Both the position numbers and the translations under genes were made by a program. A DNA stretch of 64,000 nt from Camelus ferus (Eukaryota), in NCBI RefSeq assembly GCF_009834535.1, contig NC_045707.1, positions 57,290,001 to 57,354,000 on the forward strand. Reading direction: 5' to 3'. The notes below the pieces were generated by a model that was given only the letters and a program-made list of their open reading frames with translations, did not search any database and was not told the DNA's origin. Positions 40,173 to 53,099 of this stretch are shown here, piece by piece; the first letter of the stretch is position 1; each line of letters starts with the position of its first letter.

Positions 40173-43100
40173 TGTTGGAGGTTCTTACCACTACCTAAGA
40201 GATTACCTGATTTATTATTTGTGTTTTGTCTGTCTCCCTTCATAAAAACTAAGCTCTATAGAAAAGGCGCTCCCTCCATGTTTACCACTGAACATAGAAT
40301 CGTGCCTGGCATACAGCAGGTGCACCATAAATACTTGTTAGAAAAGATATAATTGCAGACTTAAAATTGATTATACTAAACTTTTTAAGATGCAATGGTA
40401 ATAAAAATATTTAATGTAAAAACCATTAAAGTTTGTGGGTTTTAAAAGTTCAGAAATATCTCCTGAGTAGATGTGAGAAAGAGATGAGTCCAGTACCACT
40501 TTTAAAAATCATTTTATCTTGCCTCTCTTGTTTTTATCAGGCTTCCCCAATGGTGTAAATATGAGGTTGGAGTGCATAAAGAAAAAGAAGAAAATCGTAA
40601 GCTTTGAATTTAAAATTTCATTATATAAAGATCAATCATAACTTCCAACTGTGAAAATAGAAAAGTGTTCATTTCAAAGTGAAACAAAAACATCATTTTA
40701 CAGTCTATTAGTTAAATCAGCATAAATAAAACACTCTAGTACCAGAAAGACTTTGCACTTATTATATGTGCAATTGCCTATGGCAGAACTATAGCAAACG
40801 TTAATTATTATACTTACTGTTTGCATGATAACAGGCAATGTAAAAAAAATGCAAATAAGACCCTTCAAGTGAGGATTCATTATTCAGATTTCAGATTTCT
40901 TTCTCTCAAATTTTTCAGAAATTTATTTTGAAAGTAATAAAAAATAATTAAAATTGACATTTTATGTTTTTAGTTCATCTTCAATTTTCTAACATCCAAC
41001 TCTGAATTGGTAAGTCTTCATTTCATTCTGATGTTAGTAATTTTGAACGTAGATGCTACGACACAATGTTTTTTTCTTAGCCTAGATCGTCTTTGTCCAT
41101 TTCATTGTGTGATGTGTGCAGAGCAATTCATAAAAGGTTCATTACATTTCTGTTAATTACATTATCTTTCACAACCTGACTCTCAATGGCCCTCTTTAGG
41201 CTTGTTTTTCTTGTGCTCCAAATTGAACTGCCTATTTTGCCCAAACACACACCATGTCTGCTCTCCCATCCCTGGCTTTGCTCTCCTGCTTCTCAGAATG
41301 CCCTTTTCCCTTATCTCTGTCTTTTGTAATCCTGGCATTATTCTAGACTCAATTCAGTCCTCAAATTATTCATTCTTTGCACAACACTTAGTCACTAAAT
41401 GATCTCTTTCTTGTTTGTCAGTTTGTTTATTGTCTTTCTCTCTCGGGTAGACTATAAGCCAAGTAAGAAGAGGGCTTTTTCTTGTTCACGGCAATATCCT
41501 AGTGCCTAGAACAGCGTCTGGGATACAGTAAGCACAGTATTTGTTGAATGAACAGACAAATAATTAATTACCAAAACAAGTCTAAGATACTCAGATATTT
41601 TACCATGGATGTGTTTGTCGCTAGGTTTAAAAAAAAAATCTAAGAATAAAATTAACATAGTAAGAGTCTCTATGATTATTCAGAAAACCCACATTTATAT
41701 TTCAAAGTATAGGGTGGAACTTCATTTTAATCTAGTGCTATTTTGACAAAGCTGTGAGAATTAAAGAAGATAACGTGATACCTTGAATCAGTCAAAAATA
41801 ATTTCTAACACCCAAGGCTGAAAGAATTCTAGTTTGAAGGTGCTATTTTCCTCATATGAAACTGTACTTAATATACTCCACTTATAATCTAACTAAACAC
41901 ATTTTCTTGGTACGCTAATGCTTTATGCAAACCTTCTCTTGATTTTTGTCATATAATTCACAAAGATTCAATTAAGTGAAACAGACCTTAACGTAATTTC
42001 AAATGAAATTTTTAAGAAGAACAGATTTTACATTCAAAGTAGGTAGTCATTTTAATATTAACCTGTATTTATATACAATGGACCCAGTATCATAGTTTTT
42101 TTCTCCTTTGACCTAAGTTTCTTCCATGCGTTTCTCTCTTCAAGTATATCTGAAGCATAAAAAAAGATAAAGGATATATATATGGAACTCTGAAATAAAA
42201 GGCCTGACATCACTAAATCTTGAGTAACACAAAATGAGGTATGTCTCTTAGGTGAAAGCACAGGGGCTCTTGAATACAGGTGCTACTATTTTTAAGCAAG
42301 TTGCTTAAACTTTTTGAGTCTCAGTTTACTTATCTATAAAGTGGGTAACAAGAGAAACCAATCTAGCACCAAGCCTAGCACATATAAATTGCTCTGTAAG
42401 TATTTACTGAATTAATGAATTCTTTTAAAAACAAAGGTACCAAGACTAAATTACTATATATCATTTAATGAAAAATTGCATTGGTTGTGTAACCAAATAG
42501 CTACAAGTATAATAACAGGTGTTTTTAACAATTCTCTGACTGATACATGATCAGCAAAGCAACACACATATGAATAGATCAAGTATATTGACCTTGATGA
42601 AACATTGTGGTTGGTACAGGAGTTCGGGCTGTTATTCGAGAGACATAAGGGTAGTCATATCTACCAAAGCAAAAGAAGAGATTAAGGACATTTTCTTACG
42701 TTTTTGCATGTCTCAAGTAGAAATTCACAAATGTATTTGGAGAGACAGTAGTTTGTTATTCATACTTCATTTTAAAAAATTGAACAGGTAATGTATTATT
42801 ACTCATTTTCTACACCTGTACAGACATAAGCTAAAGACATGGAACTTGCCACTACTAGAAATAATAACTGATGAATATGTAGTGATTTGTGCTTTCTCTC
42901 TCAATCCTTACAAAAACCCTACAACACAAAGGGAGTCAACACAGAGGGAGAATGGTTGAGTAGATTTTCGATTAGGGAGCTCAAAGCGTAAGTCCAGAAA
43001 CATGCTATTAAATGTTTGGTGCTGGAGATACACCAGGAGACAAAAAGACAAAAACCCTACCTTCACGGACCTCACTACCTGGGATTTGTGTTGAAATCAT

Positions 43101-44464
43101 GGCTTTTAGATTTATGAATCAAATCACTCCAATACATATTCATAACAAAGTATGTTGTTAAGAACTACGTTAGTGGCCAAGGGATTTGTATGTTCTTTTC
43201 ATCCTCAAATATTGAATGAAGTTTGATAGTTTGTGCAAAACCTAGGCACATACTCTGCTGTTATTGTGCACAATTCAACTTCTCCCTGTTGTTTGATTTA
43301 GGGGATGTGAATAACTATAATCAACCAGAATTGTGGCTTCTTCCTCTCTCCCACAGCACTTTCTTTCTACAGTACTTAGAGCACTCACCGCTCTTATTCT
43401 TGCTCAGACCTTGCTCATATTCTCATGGCCTGTTCATTATTTGTCTCCCAACTTGTACTGAGCACTGTCCATAAAAAAGGCCATGCTACATTTATCTTTG
43501 GATGGGATGTGTGTTTGTAGTATGAATACAGCTGTATTCATATAAAAGCACATGCATGTGCATGATCTCATCAGACCCTCACAAAACTCGGTAAGATTGC
43601 AGGGTAGAATTAGTTCTCATATTTTAAAGACACTCAATGAGATTGAAGATTATGAATGTCCTTGTTTGACAGATGAAGAAATTGGGGAATTGGTGAGAGA
43701 ATGATTTCTGAAGAGCACATAACTAAGACTTGAATTTCAAGATCGGGGTTCTTTCTAAAACACTAAATGAAAATATTGAATTATTATTTTAGGTATGTCT
43801 TTATGGTCTGTTAGGGTGTTTCGCCAGTCATTTTTGACTTTCTCAAATCATTGGTGAAATCTTTGTTTGTTTTTTCAAATGTAAACCATGAGATGGAAAA
43901 GATCTTCAGAAAGCATCCATATGGTAACCAGAAGACAATGACATAGATTATATGCAAATATATTTCTGTAAAACAGTGTTTGTCTTTAAGAGTATATTGC
44001 TAGCCAAAATAATTCTGCTCTGTCATAGGGAAGGGGAAGGGGATGGAGGAAGCTTTGTCACTTCCAGTCCCAAACCCAAAGTCATCATCATTCTGCTTAT
44101 ATAAGATTTCTATATGCTTCTTAATTTCCTGATCAAAAAATGAGAGTCCCTACAGTGGCAAGATAGTGAAAGCAGTCTGTTGGGGTGAAGGGGTCTCAGC
44201 CAATATCTGAAGAGTCTAGTAACTGCACCTTGATCAACTGACTCTGAAGTCACCCTTTTAATAACATCATCTCAGCAGATTCAGGCTACTGGAAAGCAGG
44301 GACTGTACTGAATCCCCTAAGTCAGGCGGTGGCCTCCTTCAATTTCTGTCACATATGTTAATCAGTAAGTGGCAACTCTGAGTAACCACTGACTGTATCT
44401 ATCAACCTGGAAAAGTGCTAGGGACATGTTTTTCAAACTTAGTGATAGAAACTTCTCTTATGTT

Positions 44465-44467
44465 TTT

Positions 44468-44504
<37 letters not shown>

Positions 44505-44567
44505 TTTCTTTCTTTCTTCTTCCTTCCTTCCTTCCTTTCTTCCTTTCTTCCTTTCTTTCTTCCTTTC

Positions 44568-44644
<77 letters not shown>

Positions 44645-44657
44645 TTTCTTTCTTTCT
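44465..44657. repeat. (CTTT)n/(CCTT)n tetranucleotide microsatellite
   Basis: About 190 bp pure pyrimidine repeat, ~0.7 kb upstream of the LIN7A ATG. Confidence 0.95.
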
Positions 44658-45049
44658 AATTTAAAGCCATTTTTAAGAAGTTTGCTTTTAAGGAAAGTTA
44701 TTTTCTAGGCAATATACCCAAGTTCTTAATGGAGACCTAGTGATGGAACCTTGGCCTTAAGTCAGTTATCTTGTGTACAGTTACAAGTCAACATTCCAAA
44801 ATAAACTTTAACAGAAATTAACAGCAACTGCAATTAAATCCCAACATTTCTGAACTAGAAGCATTTTCTCTCTAGGGGATGGGATTACTGGGTTGACCAA
44901 TACCCTTTATCTGAAAAGAAAAAAAAATCATCTCTTCATCTCTCGCTCCCGTATCCCCTTTTATTTGTCTCCCTTCCCCCAGACATACGTATACTCTGAC
45001 CATTTTATTTGAGTGGAAAGTTGAAAGAAAGCAACACACCAGCTATACC

Positions 45050-46570
45050 CATCCAGCGCTCCTTGGGGTGGAATAGCAAAGTTCTAGGGCAGAGCCTTCC
45101 TTCCCAGAGCCGGCGGTGCATTCGCTCTCGGATACCTGCTCAGCTTCACGCCGCATCTGAAGGTCTGCCCGCCGCGGAACAGTTGCGTCTCCATCTGGCT
45201 GCCAACCCACCCAAGCTTTCTTCTCCTCCACCACCACCACCTTCCCTCCTTCCCCCCACCTCCCCCTCCTTTCCGTCTTCCCTTTCCACCCCCGCCCCCA
45301 ATCTCCTCCTCTTTTTCTCACTACAAGCGGTTGCTGATGCTGAAGCCGAGCGTCACTTCGGCTCCCACGGCAGACATGGCGACATTGACAGTGGTCCAGC
45401 CGCTCACTCTGGACAGAGGTAAGGGAGCGTCTCGCCCTCCAGGCCACTGCGTCCCCTCTGCCTCCCCCTCTGCCCCGGCCAACTCCCACCAGGGCTGCGG
45501 TACGCGCTCGGGCAGGGGGAGCAGGGCAACGAGGACGAGCGAAGAAGCCTTTCGCGCCGAGAGCAGGATACTTTCTTCCCCTTTCTCTGCCCGCCACGTC
45601 CCTGCTGCCCCTTCGCGCTGTACTCGCCCGGCCCAGGGGTGCCTGCGCCGGGCTCCGGCGCCCCCGCCGCCACTCCCAGCCCCTCTCAGGATCGCCTCCC
45701 GACCGCCGGCTTTGTTGGAGCGGAGGCGCGGGGACCGCTAGGCGCCCTCCCGGAGCTCGGGGGTTGGAGAGGGGCAGGGAGGAAGCTCGCCGTGCCGGGC
45801 GAGGGCGCCTGCAGCCACAGACTGGGGAAGCCTGGAGACGGAGCTGCCTGCCAGCAAGCGCGCCCGGGGGCCGGGAGGAAGGAAGTTTGTCCTGGCGCCG
45901 AAGGGCGAGGGTCGTTTCGGCTTCGGATGCCCTGGCAACCGCCCCGGGCGGGCAAGGCGTACCCGGGGCTGGCCCGTGCCCCGGCGCACGGCGGCTGGGC
46001 TGCCGTGACGGGGAGATGCCCTCGGCCGAAAGGGCAACGCGGAGCGCAGGCAGCCGCGCCCGGGCCAGGGGCGCAGCGTCGGGGCCGCGGAGCCCGCTCT
46101 ACCCGGCTTTGCGCTCCGAAGGCGGCGGGAGTCGCGTCTGCCCCCGCCGCCGGCAGCTCTCTGGCAGTAGCAACTCACAGTTTCTCCTGCCCCAGCCAGC
46201 CTCGTTCTCTCCCAGCCGGTGCGCCGTGGTTCCCGGGCTGCGGAAATCGCTGGGATGCAACGCAGGCTGGGTTGAAATTCAACTTCTGACCTGCGACCCG
46301 GGGCGTCCTGCTCGCTGACTTGACTGGGGAAGCAGTGTTTGCTTCCTTCCAAGGACCTCCCCAAGCCGAAGGATGGAATCCTCCCCTATGATCGCGGCCC
46401 TCTCCTGTGCACCCGTGCGGGGGTTATACCTGTCCTTGTGTGTTCGAGTTTGCTTTCTGGCTTCCAACGTCCAATTATGGATGCACTGGAGTCCCACGAC
46501 TCTGCAGCGGAGGACACCTGCTTGTCCTGATCTGCAGCGGCAGGATTTAGGACCCTGGGCGGCCATTTGG
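45050..46570. promoter_or_regulatory. LIN7A: CpG island / promoter of LIN7A
   Basis: Abrupt GC- and CpG-rich stretch spanning exon 1 and the start of intron 1. GC box cccccgccccc at 45289-45299. Confidence 0.9.
45337..45418 (+). CDS. LIN7A: Protein lin-7 homolog A (Veli-1/MALS-1), first coding exon (27 codons + 1 nt)
   Basis: Translates to MLKPSVTSAPTADMATLTVVQPLTLDR, identical to the recalled human LIN7A N-terminus (continues D-VARAIELL in exon 2). Ends at a canonical donor AG|gtaagg (GT at 45419-45420), phase 1. Confidence 0.97.
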
Positions 46571-47275
46571 AAATGGTGTACTTAGATGAAAATGATTTAG
46601 TCCGATGTGCCTCTAAAAATTTCTTTCTAGCGGATTAAAGTGGACTATGGGGCAAGGCAAAAGAGCATCCTGCTGCGAGTACAGTGGGGAAAAAAAAAAA
46701 AACAGGGAAAACTCAGTGAGGTTTTTAATTTGGAGACTGTGGGTGACTTTAACGCAATCTGTTGGCGCCGAACAGATGTTCTGTGGTGCCTATATCAACC
46801 TTATTTGGGGTGAGTTGAAAAATAAAAATAAAATAAAGTAATTGATTTTATGTTGGGAAATAACAGTTTGCAAACTAGTAAATTAGTAACAGTAGTTAAA
46901 CAGGTCAGAAATCTATTGCATAATCCACGATTTCACCCCAATATCATCATCTGCACTAAGCAGGATAAATCCATTGCTTCTAAGAACCGAACAGATGGCA
47001 AGCCATTAGAAATTGTGGATTTCCCAAGTATTTCTGTTTTAATGTAATGAGCTCTTATATTGTCCTATTACTAAATCCCAGTCTTTAAACATCCCAAGTA
47101 AAACGACTACATTAGGAGAGAATACGAACTCCAAGAAAATTGCATACCTGAGCAATTTTAGATACTACTAGCACTGAAAATATTTCACTTTGGGGGTCTT
47201 GCCTTAGCTCTTAAATGCCTGGCTCAGTTGTGGATAGGAAATGTAATCCGACTAAGATCTATCCTTAAAGTTTTT

Positions 47276-47375
47276 TTCTTGTTCACAGCCAGACTGTACC
47301 TGTCCTTCCCAGTTGTAATTGGGTGTATGGAGTTAGCTCAAGAGGCAAGTTGGGTGGGACTGGGGATGTATCGGA
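47276..47375 (+). ncRNA. MIR618: Sequence orthologous to the human MIR618 hairpin (function doubtful)
   Basis: TTCTTGTTCACAGCCAGACTGTACCTGTCCTTCCCAGTTGTAATT...TAGCTCAAGAGGCAAG aligns to recalled hsa-mir-618 (CUCUUGUUCACAGCCAAACUCUACUUGUCCUUCUGAGUGUAAUU...UAGCUCAGGAGACAAG). It lies in the expected LIN7A intronic position and orientation. Confidence 0.7.
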
Positions 47376-50300
47376 ATAAATTCACCAGCAACTCACTGCC
47401 CAGTCTGTGGGTTATTGGCATCATTACTGTGCATAAAATCAATACATATAAACAATTTTCTCTCCACATTTGTAAAATATGATTAATTGATTAATTTCAT
47501 CATTAAATTGATGAAATAAACTGATGAAAAATTTCCTACAAAAAATAAAAACTTCTTAAAAGAGAGAGCCCAGTAGTACTTACCTGGCTCCTAGATGTGA
47601 TTCTGATGATCACTCTGGATGAGTTGGTTAGTCCGTTCCAGCATCAGTTTTCCTGCGTGCCACATAAGGAGTTTGGATTAAATAATTCTGCCACTGTGCA
47701 GCTTTAACTGTCTATAAATCAATGAATTAAAATTAGGACTCAGTTTCCAGTCACCTACTGGGAGGTTTTCCAGATCACCTCCTTTCCCACCTCTTCCAGG
47801 TGTGCTCTGAGGTCACCTACTGCGTATGCCTCATCAAAGCCTTTCTTGAACTCTCTTCCAGCTATCTCTTTATTGAACAGAGCTCCTTGAGGGAAGAAGC
47901 CATTCCCAAACTCTTCTTTGTATTCTCAGTGCCCGCTATAGTCCCTGATCACAGTAGAACATCAAAAGTGAATGTAAACGAGTGTAAGTGAACTAAGGAC
48001 TGCAATAACTTAAGCGCTGTTAAAATATGGGGATTTCATAGTGAACCGAGTTACGGCTCATAGACTCACATCATTTGGGCCCTGAGGAGAATGGCAGGGA
48101 GGACATAAGCCAGGAGTTCTTAACCTTTATTCCCCCCATGCGCTTGAAGGATTCCCATGGGAACCATAGCTCACTAAGCTGTGATGATTAACCAGCGTGG
48201 GTGGGGCCAGGTAGGCAAAGGAGAGAAAGGAAAGAAGATGCTGAATAAAGACTCCCAAGGGCATCTCATCAAGCAAACCTGAATCCATATGTATTCTGCT
48301 GGTTCTTTTCTAGAGTCTTCATCTTTCAAAGGAAAAACATGAATGAAGCAGTGATAGATGTTTTCAAGGGTACTCTACTACTTAGTGGGAAATTTTATGC
48401 TAAAATCAATTTTTCTTGTTTGATACCTTTTGGCATTATAAACTGATTCATCCAGAATCCTCAGGGCAGAGATTTTAAGCAAACAAATGAAAATTATGGA
48501 TCGAAATTAAGATGGACTTCTCTCAGAATTCAAAAGATACTATCTGAAAGTAAGAAACTCAGAAGTCTGCACTAGCTTCTTAGGTCTTGTCTGGGAAGCA
48601 AGCCTTTGCTGGAACCAGCCTGGGCTCTGATAGGACAAACATGGGTGGCTTTAAGTTTTCAGTTCTCTGTGTGTATCCTAAACTCTTTTCTGTCTGCTAT
48701 AAAGACCTCAGACTAAGCCTGTGGAGGCCTCTGGGTGGCTATGGTGAGAGCAGGTTCCTGTTCACTCTGGCCCCATCTTTGGGATTCATCATTTACTTGT
48801 TCAGTGCCTACTACAAGTCAGACCCTACTGTGGGATTGGTATACACTGGTGAGTTAAATAGACATAATCACAGTCTTCATGGTAATTAGAGCCTACAGGG
48901 GGCAGGAGGGAGATTAAACACACAGATACACACTCATGCAAACCATTCATTCATTCATTCAATAAATATTCATTTATCACCAACTATATACAAGATGCTA
49001 CAGGAATACCAGAGACAAAGTTTCTGCTTTTATGGTCCTTAAGAGTCAAGTGGGGGAAACATAATAAGTAAGGAATTCATTCATTCATTCATCTAATAAG
49101 TATTGAGTGCCAGCCTTATGGCAAGCACCATTTTAAGCAATGTGGCAGTCCTAATGAACAAAGTAGATAAAATCTAATGGTGTTTACACCCTAATGAGAG
49201 ACTCACACACTGAACACATCCATTACAATGATAAGTGCTAGTGAGAAAAACTAAGACTAGATCAAGTAGAGTAACAGGGGCTGCTATTTGAAATATGATA
49301 GTCAACGAAGGCCCTTTCTTCTGAGTTGGTGACACTGGAGAAGAGACCTGACAAAAGTGAGGAAGCAAACTTTGCAGGTATCTGGAAGAATGTGCTCTGG
49401 AGAAGGGCCTTCACATGTGCATCCTGGGAGCATCAAGAAAGTCAGTGTGAAAATGTGATCCCGGGGAAGAGTGGCGCAAGATGGGGTTTGTGAATTGGTC
49501 ACTAGGGGACAGGTGATGTAATTTATAATCACGATTTTAGATTAGTTAAAAATATGCAGGGCTCTGAAAACAATAAACATGACAGGAGGCTAGAGAATAA
49601 TGGGGAAGCATCTATTTAGATGGCATTAGTCAAGGAAGGCTCACTGAAAAAGCAACATTTAAACTGAATTCTGATGTATTAATAAGATCCTGAGGGAAAG
49701 CAGCCTGGACAGAGGAAAGAATACACATAAAAGCGGTTCCCCATGTACAACTTGGCCACCATCCCACGAATACATCCATAACCAAGCAAATGACTGAAAA
49801 GAAAAATTACTGAGAAATAACAACATGCTAAGTGTTCATCTGGGGTAGAAATTTGGTTATAAGTATACGAAGAAAATCTATAGACCAAGCTTTTTCCTTC
49901 TTATTGCTAGACTAAAACACCATACATTATAATTAGGTTTTCAAAGATATACTGAGTGTTGTAATTTACATGTCATTATTGAACCCAAGTGGTCATAATA
50001 TGGGATATGTTCATTTTCAGTCTAATACCTTATATTAGATTATAATATAGAAAGTAGTACCGGTAACTTACCCTTGTGGCAAGAAGATGCTAATAAGGAG
50101 ATTAAGGGTGGAATCTTCTCTCCTCAATATTTAAAATGTTCAGAGCAATTCTTCCCTACACTTTTGCCCAATTTTAATCTCTAAAACCAGGAATGACCTT
50201 CAGCTAAAATCTAGGGAACAAAGCAGGTTGCAATCCATGATAATTAATACCCTTATAACAGAGAACATTGAAATATTCCACTATGTTAAAGACGGCGTGG

Positions 50301-51552
50301 ATTTAGGCAGTTTTCTTAAGTCCAGCAGCTCCAAGTCTCCTTCATTTAACATCTCAAGGTCAGAATAGACAATACAAACAGAATTCTTCAAAATTTTGCT
50401 TCTGCTTACCTTTCCCCCTGCTTTTAAGCAGAATAGCTTTTTAAATAATCATGACTTATAAAGAAGTCTTTATATGACTTATAAAGAAGATTTACAAAAT
50501 CAATTCTTGGAGAAAATGAATAATTAAGACAATGTCTGAGAGTAATTGAAACCGTGTAATTTAAAGTACTTGAGACTTTGCTTATAACATGATCAGTATC
50601 TTCTAATCTGTATCCAGGCACCTATATAAAGTAGAATGCTGATGTCAAAGTCACCCTAATTTTTTTCTGAGTTAAATTCAACTTGGATACGTTGCAAAAA
50701 TGTAAACGGAAATCCTGATTTCTTGGATTCTAAAAGAAGCCATAATCTAAAATATTGATTGAAAAATATCTTGTGTTTTCCCTTTTAAACATTAAGATGT
50801 TCGCCCTTTAAAAAATTCTAATATAAAGCCAAGAGCTTTTAGTTTTGTGGATAGCAACCTTATGAAAAAAAAAAAATGAGAGCAAAAGTTGAATGCAAAT
50901 GGAATGTCCCATGAGTGCCAAACTTTTCACAGAATTTGTGATACATTAAAAATGTCTCTCTTTTCCATTTTCAGGGCAAGCAGAGCTTATTACTTTATGT
51001 ACTTCCCAATTCAAGCCTTGGGCAGCCTATAGCTTTTCTTATCAACTATATTCACCAGTTTTTATAAAATCTGCATTTGCCTGAAAATTGCTTTTGTTCA
51101 TAGTCCAAAGAGGCTTTCCCTTTCTCTCTCTTTGTTATTAATTTATGTATTTATTTGGCATACGGAGAGATTAAAGATGAAGGAAAGTAAAAATTAAGCC
51201 ACTCTTTATGTTGTTTTAAAGTTGTATGCCCTGGTGGGGAGGAGAGAGAGGCTGACTATATTTTATGACTCTTGTCCTAAAGCCTTTTCACATCAGCAGC
51301 CAGATGTTTCAGTCTACAAACTTTGAGTGTTTGCTTTCTTTCTCCTGTTTTCTGTAAGCTTCACGGAACATTTTTAAAAATATATTTTTATTGAATTTTC
51401 TTTTGCAGATCAATATTTGAGTTTCTTTTTGCACTATATAGTTACAGAATATTTTCCAAGAGTCAGAATCATGCCACATTCACCTGTTCTTTTTCTTTGA
51501 GAATGAAAAGTTGCAAAGAGAAGGAACCAAATTTCTGAAGAGTTTTTTTGTC

Positions 51553-51665
51553 CATTTTTAAAAATTGAAGTATAGTTGACTTACAATATTGTGTTAATTT
51601 CAGTTGTACAGCAAAGTGATTCAGTTACATATACATATAAACATATATACATACGTATTCTTGAT
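51553..51665 (-). mobile_element. Short L1 3' tail (artiodactyl-type)
   Basis: 'aattgaagtatagttgacttacaatattgtgttaatttcagttgtacagcaaagtgattcagttacatatac'. Confidence 0.75.
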
Positions 51666-53099
51666 TAGGAAAAACGTATTTTCTATTTAATGAGAGCTTT
51701 ACACACAATTTTAAAGTTGCAATTAAAAAAAAATAATGATTGAGCATCCAGAAAAAGAAAAAGAAATTTGGTGAATACCTTTTAGTTTGATGTGTCAGCT
51801 ATCCAAGCTCTGAGATGTATTTGTTGTGCTCTGGTCATCAATGAAATTAATTCTTTTACTTTTGAGTGCTTTTTCAGAATTACAAAGGGGGCTTAGCTAT
51901 TTAATAGGGAAAAGGGAACATTTAGAGAGTAGTACCAAATGGGAAGATATGTGTACTGAGTATTAGGGATGCTATTGTAGATACAAAGTCAATACCTCTT
52001 GGAGAAAGTTCTTTTCTCTGTCCTGACATCTGTCTATTAGGATATAGTCTTTATCAGGTCAGAAACTATGTTGGATTTGTTTACATAGAGCCCAACACAT
52101 TGTCTGGCTTATAGTTGGCACACTCAATATTGATTGATTGATTGAATAAATGAGTGAATGAAACTGACTTAGCCAAACTAGCTATCATGGAGTTATTCTT
52201 ACTGCTAAAAAAAAAAAAAGAAAAAAAAGAAAGAAAGAAAAGACAAAGAAAAAAAAGCCTTCTAACTCACTATATGTAGAAGCAGTGGCTACCTTACTTT
52301 CTCAGTTTGCTTTGTGTGTGTGTAGCAGACCTAAAAGTGGAATACTTTCCAGGGCCAAGAAAGGATATGAGGTGCTGGTGTTGATACTTGTAGTTCTACT
52401 TCCATTGCCTGCATCCACCTGCTATTTTAACTGGTTAATTTAATTGAACCACGCAAATTAGTGCCAGAATAAAACTGAAAAGGTTAAAAAAAAAAAAAAA
52501 GAAGAGGGCCTAACACACACATGTGTGCACAAATAAGCTACGTTGTCTTACTTTTTAAAAAACCACAAATGGATGAATGATAGAGTTATGTCCTGACTAA
52601 CAAGTTAATATGGATTTAATTTGAAATCACTCCGTGTTGGCCAATGTAAACACAACCTTAAAAAGTCATGTTGATTGCATCAAGGCTTTACTTTCTGGTT
52701 TAGGTGATAGCTTTTTGTTTTGTTTTGTTTCCTCCCCATGACTGAGTTTTACTAAGTAACATGCTAGCTGAATTTGAAGACTCGCCTAATAAAAGCAATA
52801 TACCCAAAGACTACTTGAAAGAAATTATGTTGAATTGAAATTTATATTGAAGTTATACTCAGATAGTATCTGTCTTGGACAGAAAACGAGGGCTTCTAAT
52901 TTAAACCAGTGATAATTTCCCCGAGAAACACAGGAACTATTCTAAGTCCAACTAGTTCTGCTATTTTTGTTTACTTTCCTACTATGGTGATAGCTATGAT
53001 ATTTCAGTATAAAATCTTTTTATTCTATCAAAGAATCATCTTTCACCAAAAAAGAATAGAATAATGGGGATCACAGAATGGCAAAAAAATTTAAACCTC

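Noticed and set aside
44415..44708. F/L/S-rich 'membrane-like' ORFs (also 12175-12428)
   Set aside because: They are translations of (CTTT)n or purine-rich repeats.
45009..46585. Many overlapping 90-216 aa ORFs in the CpG island
   Set aside because: GC-rich sequence lacks stop codons, giving P/A/G/R-rich translations. Only 45337-45418 matches a known protein and ends at a splice donor.
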